DNA from: an archaeon
Lineage (GTDB): Archaea; Undinarchaeota; Undinarchaeia; Undinarchaeales; JBDRKL01
Length of the DNA: 64,000 bases
Assembly (NCBI GenBank): GCA_043814055.1
Contig: JBDRKL010000012.1
Coordinates: 32,001-96,000, forward strand
Direction: 5' to 3'
Position numbers and translations under genes: made by a program. Each line of letters starts with the position of its first letter. The first letter of the stretch is position 1. Below are positions 56,946 through 64,000 of the stretch, one piece after another. A model generated the notes under the pieces. That model had not been told where the DNA came from and did no database searches. It worked only from the letters and a program-made list of their open reading frames with translations.

Positions 56946-58199
56946 ATGAGCAAAATAGCAAACCCAAAACTGGCAGAACAGGGAAGAAAGAAGATTGAAT
57001 GGGCAGAAGCTAGAATGCCTGTAATGATGAAGATTCGCGAGAAATACTCAAAAGAGAAGCCGCTCAAGGGGCAGCGAATCGCAGGATGCCTGCACGTTAC
57101 AAAGGAGACTGCGGTTCTCGTGAAAACTTTGCGTGATGCTGGAGCTGAGATTGCGTGGAGTGGATGCAACCCGCTGAGCACCCAGGATGATATCGCGGCA
57201 GCGCTCGCTGAGGAGGAAAATGTTGAGATTTTCGCGTGGCACGGGCAGAACACTGAGGAGTTTTACTGGAGCATTGAGCAGTGCCTTGAGTTCAAGCCGA
57301 CCTTGACTTTGGACGATGGGGCTGACTTGATATTCACAGTGCACAACAAGCACCCAGAACTTGCTGACGGGATTATTGGCGGAAGCGAGGAAACAACCAC
57401 AGGAGTTCACAGGCTTAGGGCGATGTCTGATGCAGGGAAGCTCTTGTATCCGGTTATTGCAGTGAATGATGCAGAGACCAAATGGGACTTTGATAATGTT
57501 TACGGCACAGGGCAGAGCTCGCTTGACGGAATTTTGAGGGCGACTAATGTTCTGCTTGCTGGAAAGACTTTTGTGGTTGCAGGGTACGGGCACTGCGGCA
57601 AGGGCTGCGGAATGCGCACAAAGGGAATGGGCTGCAATGTTATTGCAACTGAGGTTGACCCAATACAGGCGCTCAAGGCAACTCTTGAGGGAATTAGGGT
57701 GATGAAGATGGATGACGCCGCAAAGGTCGGGGATATTTTCATAACCGCGACCGGAGTCAAGGACATTATTAGGAGGAATCATTTTGAGGTAATGAAGGAC
57801 GGTGCGATTGTGTGCAACACCGGGCACTATGACTGCGAGATAAACATTCCTGAGCTGGACTCGCTGGCCAAGAGCAAGAGGACCATAAGAGACAATTGCG
57901 AGGAATATACAATGAAAGACGGCAGAAGGATTTATCTGCTTGCACAAGGCAGGCTTGTCAATCTTGCGGCAGCTGAGGGGCACCCAAGCGAAGTTATGGA
58001 CATGAGCTTTGCGAACCAGTTCAACGCGATGATGCAGCTGGCAAAGGAAGGAAAAACCATGGGCAAAAAGGTCTATGACACTACCAAGGAGCAGGACCAG
58101 GAAATAGCCGGAGTGAAGCTAAGCACAATGGGCATTGAAATAGACAAGCTCACAAAGGAACAGGAAGCGTATCTCACGGATTACAGCATGGGGACATAG
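56946..58199 (+). CDS. ahcY: Adenosylhomocysteinase
   Basis: CLHVTKET, CNPLSTQD, EETTTG, FDNVYGTG, GRLVNL.AAEGHP. Confidence 0.96.
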   Translation: MSKIANPKLAEQGRKKIEWAEARMPVMMKIREKYSKEKPLKGQRIAGCLHVTKETAVLVKTLRDAGAEIAWSGCNPLSTQDDIAAALAEEENVEIFAWHGQNTEEFYWSIEQCLEFKPTLTLDDGADLIFTVHNKHPELADGIIGGSEETTTGVHRLRAMSDAGKLLYPVIAVNDAETKWDFDNVYGTGQSSLDGILRATNVLLAGKTFVVAGYGHCGKGCGMRTKGMGCNVIATEVDPIQALKATLEGIRVMKMDDAAKVGDIFITATGVKDIIRRNHFEVMKDGAIVCNTGHYDCEINIPELDSLAKSKRTIRDNCEEYTMKDGRRIYLLAQGRLVNLAAAEGHPSEVMDMSFANQFNAMMQLAKEGKTMGKKVYDTTKEQDQEIAGVKLSTMGIEIDKLTKEQEAYLTDYSMGT

Positions 58200-58422
58200 A
58201 AAAGGTTCATAGGATGAGATAACCCCTTTATAAAGAGAACCCTTTATATACCCCCTTACTTATATAGTACTTCCCCGCGATGGAGGGGGCTAAATTTTAG
58301 TCATGAGGTGGTAATTGAATGGCACCCAGCCCCTGAAGTTGGGGACTGGGTGTATTTCGAAGCGGCGGAAGTCGCTTCAAAAAAAAGAGGGAGGGAAATG
58401 CGGCATTTAATGCCGCTTCGAA

Positions 58423-59064
58423 ATGGCAAAAAAAACAACAAAAAAAAGTACAACAAAACCTGTTAAAAAACAGGTTATTAAGAAATCTAAGACAACAAAA
58501 CCTGTTAAAAGACAATTTATTAAGAAACCCAAGGTTAAGATTGAGAACGTGGTTGCGTCCGCTTCTGTGGATGCCGAAATAGACTTGGACAAAATTGCTG
58601 CAACGCTTCCGAATGCTGAGTATGAGCCGGAGCAGTTCCCAGGGCTTGTCCTAAGACTTACTGACCCCAAAGCCGCAATACTGGTCTTTTCCTCAGGAAA
58701 GATGGTCTGCACAGGCGCAAAAGAAGTAGCTATGATTAAGGTGGCAATAGACAAGACCATCAAGCAGATAAAGACAACCGGAACCAAGGTTAGGGGGGAG
58801 GCAACCATAACTGTGCAGAATATTGTGGCAAGCTCTGACCTAGGCGTAGAGCTCAACCTGGACAAGATTGCTTTCTCGCTTCAGAACGCTGAGTTTGAGC
58901 CAGAGCAGTTTCCCGGGCTCGTGTTCCGCGTGTTTGACCCTAAAGTGGTGTTCCTGCTGTTCAGGTCTGGGAAGATAGTGTGCACTGGCGCAAAGAAGAA
59001 GATTGATGTTGAGCGCGGAGTCGCAAAGCTGATACAAGAACTCAAAAAGATAAAGGCGCTTTGA
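58423..59064 (+). CDS. tbp: TATA-box binding protein with Lys-rich N-terminal extension
   Basis: Two repeats NVVAS/NIVAS, EPEQFPGL, FSSGK/FRSGK. Confidence 0.97.
   Translation: MAKKTTKKSTTKPVKKQVIKKSKTTKPVKRQFIKKPKVKIENVVASASVDAEIDLDKIAATLPNAEYEPEQFPGLVLRLTDPKAAILVFSSGKMVCTGAKEVAMIKVAIDKTIKQIKTTGTKVRGEATITVQNIVASSDLGVELNLDKIAFSLQNAEFEPEQFPGLVFRVFDPKVVFLLFRSGKIVCTGAKKKIDVERGVAKLIQELKKIKAL
58450..58533 (+). repeat. 42-bp tandem duplication in the TBP N-terminal tail
   Basis: TTKPVKKQVIKKSK / TTKPVKRQFIKKPK. Confidence 0.85.
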
Positions 59065-59086
59065 ATCATTTCATAATGGGGAGAAT

Positions 59087-61123
59087 ATGGAGAGAGATCC
59101 AATAGAACGATTTGAGGAATTTTTCCGAGAGAAATACTACGACGACCTACTGAAGGTTGCGCGTGAATACCCTGACAAGAAATCTCTTGTCGTGGACTAC
59201 GCGGAGCTGGACAAGCACGATGTTGAGCTGGCTGATCTGCTTCTCAAGGACCCAGAGGAGACCTTCAAGATTGCCAAGGACGCCCTGATGGAGATTGACC
59301 TCCCTATTGAGGGAATCTACAGTATAAATGTGCGCTTCAAGAACTTGCCGAGCTCCCAGAACATAAATATCCGCGACGTCAGGTCAGAGCACATAGACCA
59401 CCTCATAACGCTTGAAGGGCTTGTGAAGAGTGCGGCGGACGTGAGGCCTGAGGCGATTAGGGTTGTGTATGAATGCCCAGACTGCAAGAAGGAAATTGTT
59501 GTGGCACAGGGCGGGAAGAAGCTCAAGACCCCGTTTATGTGTGATGACCCGCAATGCGCCAGGAAAGGGCGGTTCAAACTGCTCAGGGCAGATTTGATTG
59601 ACACGCAGAGCATAAAGATACAGGAGCCCCCTGAGACGATTATCGGCGGGGAGCAGCCATCACAGCTTTACTCACAGCTCAGTGAGGATTTGGTTTCACC
59701 TTTTGAGAGGAAGAAGTCGCTGCCTGGAAACAGGGTCAAAATAACCGGAATTCTCAGGAAGAGGGCAACGCACACGACTGCCGGCGCGCCCACCACAAGA
59801 TTTGACTTGTATCTTGAAGCAAACCACATTGAGACTATTGAGCGCGAGTTTTCAGAGATAGAGCTGAGCAACAAGGATATTGAGGATATAAAGAAATTGT
59901 CAAAGGACAAGAAGCTTTACAAGAAGTTTGTTGATTCGCTTGCACCTTCCATCCAGGGTTATGAGGATGTGAAGGAGGCCATATTGCTGCAATTGTTCGG
60001 CGGGGTTCCTAAGATTCAGCCGGACGGAACCAGAATTAGGGAAAATATTCACTTGTTCCTTGTTGGTGACCCAGCTGTTGGTAAGTCACAGCTGCTAAGG
60101 TATGTTGCTGAGTTGTCGCCAAAGGGCAGGTTTGTCTCTGGGCGAAAAGCGTCAGGGGTTGGTTTGACAGCAGCGGTTGTGCGCGATGAATTTGCCGGCG
60201 GCTGGACCCTTGAAGCAGGCGCGCTTATCCTTGCAAACAATGGAGTGGCTGCTGTTGACGAGTTTGACAAGATGGATGACGACGACAGGAGCGCTATGCT
60301 GGAAGCCATGGAGCAGGGGACGATTTCCATTGCCAAGGCAGGGATTGTAACAACGCTCAGGGCGAACACAACTGTGCTTGCTGCAGCGAATCCAAAGTAT
60401 GGAAGGTTTGACTTGTACAGGCCGCTACCTGACCAGATTGACTTGTCTCCGGTTATACTGAGCAGGTTTGACGTAAAGTTTCTGATACAGGACACGCCAG
60501 GCAGGGAAGCGGACGAGAAACTCGCTGATCACATTCTTAATTCGTTTATTTCTCCAAAAACTGTTGAGCCCGTGATAAAGGGGGAGTTCATCAGGAAGTA
60601 TGTTGCTTACGCAAAGACACATTGCAAGCCAAAGATGACAAGGGAAGCACAAAAAATCATAAAGGACTTCTATGTGACTTGGAGGGGAAAACACGGCGGC
60701 GGGGACAGCGGGGACAACAAAGTTGCGCTTACTCCGAGGCAACTGGAAGCGCTTGTGCGAATGTCAGAAGCATCTGCCAAGGTGCGGCTTGCTGATAAGG
60801 TTACTGTTGAGGATGCGAGGCGCGGCACAAGGTTGCTTGAGTTCTCGCTGAGGCAGCTTGGCACTGAGCCTGAGACAGGGCAGATTGACATTGACAGGAT
60901 AGAGGCGGGCACTAGTTCAATGCAGAGAAGCAAGATTTACACCATGCTCACAATTATTGAGGAGATTACAAAGGACGTTGGCAAGAATGTTCCGGTTGAG
61001 GATATCCTGAAAGAGGCAAAAGACCGCGGCATAGAGGAGCTCGCGGCGCTTGAGCTTATTGGAAAATTAAAGGAGAAAGGTGATTTGTTTGAGCCAAAAC
61101 CGGGCTACCTCCAAAAAGCGTAA
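59087..61123 (+). CDS. mcm: MCM replicative helicase
   Basis: CPDC..C..C zinc finger, GDPAVGKSQ, VDEFDKM, MEQ.TISIAKAG, SRFD. Confidence 0.97.
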   Translation: MERDPIERFEEFFREKYYDDLLKVAREYPDKKSLVVDYAELDKHDVELADLLLKDPEETFKIAKDALMEIDLPIEGIYSINVRFKNLPSSQNINIRDVRSEHIDHLITLEGLVKSAADVRPEAIRVVYECPDCKKEIVVAQGGKKLKTPFMCDDPQCARKGRFKLLRADLIDTQSIKIQEPPETIIGGEQPSQLYSQLSEDLVSPFERKKSLPGNRVKITGILRKRATHTTAGAPTTRFDLYLEANHIETIEREFSEIELSNKDIEDIKKLSKDKKLYKKFVDSLAPSIQGYEDVKEAILLQLFGGVPKIQPDGTRIRENIHLFLVGDPAVGKSQLLRYVAELSPKGRFVSGRKASGVGLTAAVVRDEFAGGWTLEAGALILANNGVAAVDEFDKMDDDDRSAMLEAMEQGTISIAKAGIVTTLRANTTVLAAANPKYGRFDLYRPLPDQIDLSPVILSRFDVKFLIQDTPGREADEKLADHILNSFISPKTVEPVIKGEFIRKYVAYAKTHCKPKMTREAQKIIKDFYVTWRGKHGGGDSGDNKVALTPRQLEALVRMSEASAKVRLADKVTVEDARRGTRLLEFSLRQLGTEPETGQIDIDRIEAGTSSMQRSKIYTMLTIIEEITKDVGKNVPVEDILKEAKDRGIEELAALELIGKLKEKGDLFEPKPGYLQKA

Positions 61124-61127
61124 GATA

Positions 61128-61186
61128 GGGGCTTCGCGAACTAAAGTGAGCGAACGCCCCAGCTCTACCTCCGCGAGCAGGCGGAG
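61128..61186 (+). repeat. Hairpin modules shared with 5919-5950 (reverse complement) and 40314-40332
   Basis: ggggcttcgc-gaactaaagt-gagcgaacgcccc; cctccgcgagcaggcggag. Confidence 0.8.
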
Positions 61187-61202
61187 TGATTGGAAATTAG
61201 GA

Positions 61203-62015
61203 ATGTTCTTTTCCGAGCTTTCACTGTTTCTGGGCGCGCAGATTTTGGGAGTTTATGTTGGATTTTCGCTCATAAACATGGGTTACACCTATGTGCAGGA
61301 CACGGGCGCTTCGGTCTCAAGCTTTTTGATTTCCTTCACAATCGCAACATTGGTGCTTGTGTTAATGCTTAAGTTCCTGAAGAGCCACTTGTTCTTCAAG
61401 GGGCTTCTCGCGTTCCTGATATTCGTCGGCGCTGAAACCGTGTTCGCGGTTTTCATCTGGGAAGGCGCAGCGCTTTTGCTTGCCATAGCGCTTGTTGTTT
61501 TAAGATTTAAGCTGCCCAACGTGTTTATGCAAAACTTGGTGATGGTTATAGCCATAGCCGGGATTGGCGCGAACTTGGGGACGCTGTTCTCAGTTCCAGC
61601 TGTTTTGATAATACTCGCTGTTCTTTGCATCTATGACGTTGTTGCAGTGTACAAGACCAAGCACATGGTAAGCTTGTTTAAGGGAATGGTCAGTAAGGGC
61701 GTTCCATTTTCATTAATAGTGCCGGAGAGCATTGGGGATGTTAGGATTAATGTCAAGGATGCCGTGCCGGGAGAGGGGCGGTTTTTAATGCTTGGGACTG
61801 GAGATGTCGCGTTCCCTGTGATATTTGCTGTGGCTGCGCTACAGGTTGGGTTGATGAGTTCAGTGGCAGTTGTGGCAGGAGCTCTTGTCGGGCTTCTCAC
61901 GATTCATTTGCTCCTTGTGAGCAAGAAGACCGGAGCAATTCCAGCTCTTCCGCCGATAACATTTTTCTCAGTAATTTTCTTCCTGATTTCGCTGTATTTT
62001 AATGGAGGGCTCTGA
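61203..62015 (+). CDS. Presenilin/signal-peptide-peptidase family GxGD aspartic protease
   Basis: YD..AVYKTKHM, LGTGD, PALP. Confidence 0.88.
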   Translation: MFFSELSLFLGAQILGVYVGFSLINMGYTYVQDTGASVSSFLISFTIATLVLVLMLKFLKSHLFFKGLLAFLIFVGAETVFAVFIWEGAALLLAIALVVLRFKLPNVFMQNLVMVIAIAGIGANLGTLFSVPAVLIILAVLCIYDVVAVYKTKHMVSLFKGMVSKGVPFSLIVPESIGDVRINVKDAVPGEGRFLMLGTGDVAFPVIFAVAALQVGLMSSVAVVAGALVGLLTIHLLLVSKKTGAIPALPPITFFSVIFFLISLYFNGGL

Positions 62016-62623
62016 TGGAGCTCGCAACGAAAATTCACATTAAGGATATACTTGACGGAAAATTCACTCCAGGGCAAGGCTACGAGTCTGGCACGCTGAA
62101 GACAACTGACGGGAAGGAAATCAAGAAAATTCATATTCTGGCCACTATTGTTGAAAAGTTCGTTGCGGAAGACAAGGGATTCGCGAGCATCACGCTGGAC
62201 GACGCCACTGAGACAATAAAAGTCAAGGTATTCAAGGAGCACGTGGCGAAGATTGAGCCCCGGAAGGTTGGGGATATTATTGACGTGATGGGTGTGCTAA
62301 GAGAATATGAGGGCGAGGTTTATGTAATGCCGGATTTTATTAAGATTATTGATGACCCTAATTGGGAGATATTGCGAAACTTGGAGCTTGATAAAAGGAC
62401 TTTGCAGAAAGCAAATGAAAACACAGCGCTGGGAGCAGCCAGAGTGGAGATTGACCTTGGGCCGATAATACTTGAGAAAGTTGGAGCAGGTAGAATAGCA
62501 ATTAAAGAATTGATAAATGATTTAAAGGAGCACGAAGAAGAGAATGTTCTTGGCAAGGTGCGAGAGCTGATGATGAAGGGCGATTTGTACGAGCCAAAAC
62601 CAGGAGTGATAAAAGCAGTATGA
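62015..62623 (+). CDS. OB-fold protein, RPA32-like subunit
   Basis: ITLDDATETI.VK.F, DPNW, C-terminal wH GDLYEPKPG. Confidence 0.82.
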   Translation: MELATKIHIKDILDGKFTPGQGYESGTLKTTDGKEIKKIHILATIVEKFVAEDKGFASITLDDATETIKVKVFKEHVAKIEPRKVGDIIDVMGVLREYEGEVYVMPDFIKIIDDPNWEILRNLELDKRTLQKANENTALGAARVEIDLGPIILEKVGAGRIAIKELINDLKEHEEENVLGKVRELMMKGDLYEPKPGVIKAV

Positions 62624-63021
62624 GCTACGAAGACCTTTTAAAAAGAGCGAGGGAGAATTTGCCGGAACAGACCGCAGAAGATAACCGATTTGAGGCGCCG
62701 ACGTTTCAGAGCTTTAACCAAGGTTCTCAAACCATCATCAAGAACTTCACTGAGGTTGCAGGAACGCTTGAGCGGGATGTTGCCCATTTAATGAAATTCA
62801 TACTAGGAGAGTCAGGAGCTGCTGGCGATTTGGACGGGCACAGGCTGATACTGAAAGGCAGGAAGACCCAGGATTTTCTCAACCAAAAACTTGAGGTTTA
62901 TATTAACAGGTTCTTGATTTGTGACCAGTGCGGAAAGCCGGACACTGAGCTGAGGAAAGAAGAGGGTGTTTTGAGAATTAAGTGCAAAGCGTGTGGGGCG
63001 AAATACACACCTAAAAGATGA
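62620..63021 (+). CDS. eif2b: Translation initiation factor 2 beta subunit
   Basis: YEDLLKRA, RFE.P, NF, CDQCGKPDT, CKACGA. Confidence 0.94.
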   Translation: MSYEDLLKRARENLPEQTAEDNRFEAPTFQSFNQGSQTIIKNFTEVAGTLERDVAHLMKFILGESGAAGDLDGHRLILKGRKTQDFLNQKLEVYINRFLICDQCGKPDTELRKEEGVLRIKCKACGAKYTPKR

Positions 63022-63320
63022 TTAGCATAAAAGAAACTGAAACCACAGATGGAAAAGTTCTCGCCGCTTGCGACGAGGAATTGCTTGGGAAGAATTTTAA
63101 AGAGACCGGAAGGACTTTAGAGGTTAGAGAAAGTTTCTACGGCGGCAAGATTGTAACGATTGAGGAGTTTTCTGACAAATTACAAGCCTGCACGATTGCT
63201 AATTTGGTTGGGGATATTGTTGTTGGGAAAGCACTGGAGCTCGGACTGGTTGCTGAAAGCTCAGTTATTAGAATTCAAAATGTGCCGCACGCTCAGATAT
63301 TATTCTTTAAAACAGCATAG
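63018..63320 (+). CDS. DUF424 family protein
   Basis: [25 protein letters not shown]. Confidence 0.9.
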   Translation: MISIKETETTDGKVLAACDEELLGKNFKETGRTLEVRESFYGGKIVTIEEFSDKLQACTIANLVGDIVVGKALELGLVAESSVIRIQNVPHAQILFFKTA

Positions 63321-63555
63321 TTTCCAGGTCAGCGCTGGCTATGTCAATTATTATTGGCTCTTTTCCATCCGCGCGCCTTATCACGGTCATTGGGATTGCG
63401 CGGTCCTTGAACTCCAGGACTGCAACCTCGGTTGGAGAACCCTTGAGCTCATCAGGAACATTCACGAGCACAGGTGCGCCCATTGAAATCTGCAAAGAGC
63501 GGGCTCCAATGATGCGTGCGCGCTCAAAACGTGTAAGTTTGTTTGTAGGATACAT
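63307..63555 (-). CDS. rpoK: DNA-directed RNA polymerase subunit K (Rpo6)
   Basis: [22 protein letters not shown]. Confidence 0.95.
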   Translation of the reverse strand: MYPTNKLTRFERARIIGARSLQISMGAPVLVNVPDELKGSPTEVAVLEFKDRAIPMTVIRRADGKEPIIIDIASADLETMLF

Positions 63556-63595
63556 AAGCGAAATGATATCTATTGAAAGGTATTTAAAGGTTAGT

Positions 63596-63657
63596 ATGAG
63601 ACACACATTGGAGAAAGTTGTTACGTGTGTTCATCAACATCGGAGGCGATGTTGATG
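63596..63657 (+). promoter_or_regulatory. uORF plus SD-sequestering hairpin leader, copy 2
   Basis: 19-codon ORF ending TGATG; 11-bp stem CATCAACATCG/CGATGTTGATG around GAGG. Confidence 0.7.
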
Positions 63658-64000
63658 GAGCCGAAGAAAGAAGAGCTGGAACAACTCAAAGCCACAGGAC
63701 TTGAGTACGTAGCGAAAGGGTGGCGCTCAAGCGTGTATAAAGCGCAAATGGGCAAGAAGGTTGCTGCGCTAAAGGTTTGCGAGGCTGGGACGGCTGTGAA
63801 GGAGGCCGAGATGCTCAGAGAAGCGAACAAAGTGGGCGTGGGGCCGGAGTTATATGGCAGTGCAGAGCACATTGTTGCGATGGAGTTTATTGACGGGGTT
63901 CGCTATGCGGACTGGGTTGAAACCGCTGAGCCAGTTGATGTTAAAAAAGTTGTTTTGAAAATACTTGAGCAGTGCAGGGCGCTTGACAAAGCCGGGATTG
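63655..64000 (+). CDS. RIO/Bud32-like Ser/Thr protein kinase, truncated by window edge
   Basis: MEPKKEELEQ...VAKGWRSSVYKA...AALKV...EAEML..ANKVGVGPELY...MEFIDG. Confidence 0.8.
   Translation, partial: MEPKKEELEQLKATGLEYVAKGWRSSVYKAQMGKKVAALKVCEAGTAVKEAEMLREANKVGVGPELYGSAEHIVAMEFIDGVRYADWVETAEPVDVKKVVLKILEQCRALDKAGI

Noticed and set aside
57048-57983. Long antisense ORFs (also 6075-6755, 11297-11929, 24637-25332, 25333-26007)
   Set aside because: These are shadows of well-conserved genes on the opposite strand, with no motifs.
58200-61123. Replication origin near mcm, or inteins in MCM/RFC
   Set aside because: There is no cdc6/orc1 or ORB repeat, and the protein lengths are normal with no intein motifs.

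Overview
This is an archaeal chromosomal window, gene-dense and mostly housekeeping. It encodes TBP, histone, MCM, RFC, Rpo6, thermosome, Nop5/fibrillarin and a BHB-intron tRNA. A DPANN-type lineage that keeps some biosynthesis (e.g. Undinarchaeota-like) is plausible, but this is inference only. Main blocks in order: ATP-citrate lyase (partial), pyrF-pyrE, intron-containing tRNA-Asn, gdhA/trxB, a tRNA-His-hisS-his biosynthesis cluster without hisH or hisC, an 11-kb archaeal modified-mevalonate plus ether-lipid super-operon, Na/Pi-PhoU, a type IV pilus locus with six class III signal-peptide proteins, SAM-recycling genes and a replication/transcription cluster. I found no CRISPR array or transposase. 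The strongest unexplained signals are non-coding. (1) A dispersed family of modular hairpin elements shows compensatory base changes, GC-GNA-GC mini-hairpins and flanking duplications of host sequence. (2) A 62-nt leader occurs twice, with a length-conserved 19-codon uORF and a hairpin that hides the SD and start codon. (3) A structured 45-bp repeat brackets tRNA-Asn. (4) A dual-guide C/D box sRNA appears to target the 23S peptidyl-transferase centre. (5) The TBP and histone genes have structured, possibly switch-like 5' leaders.
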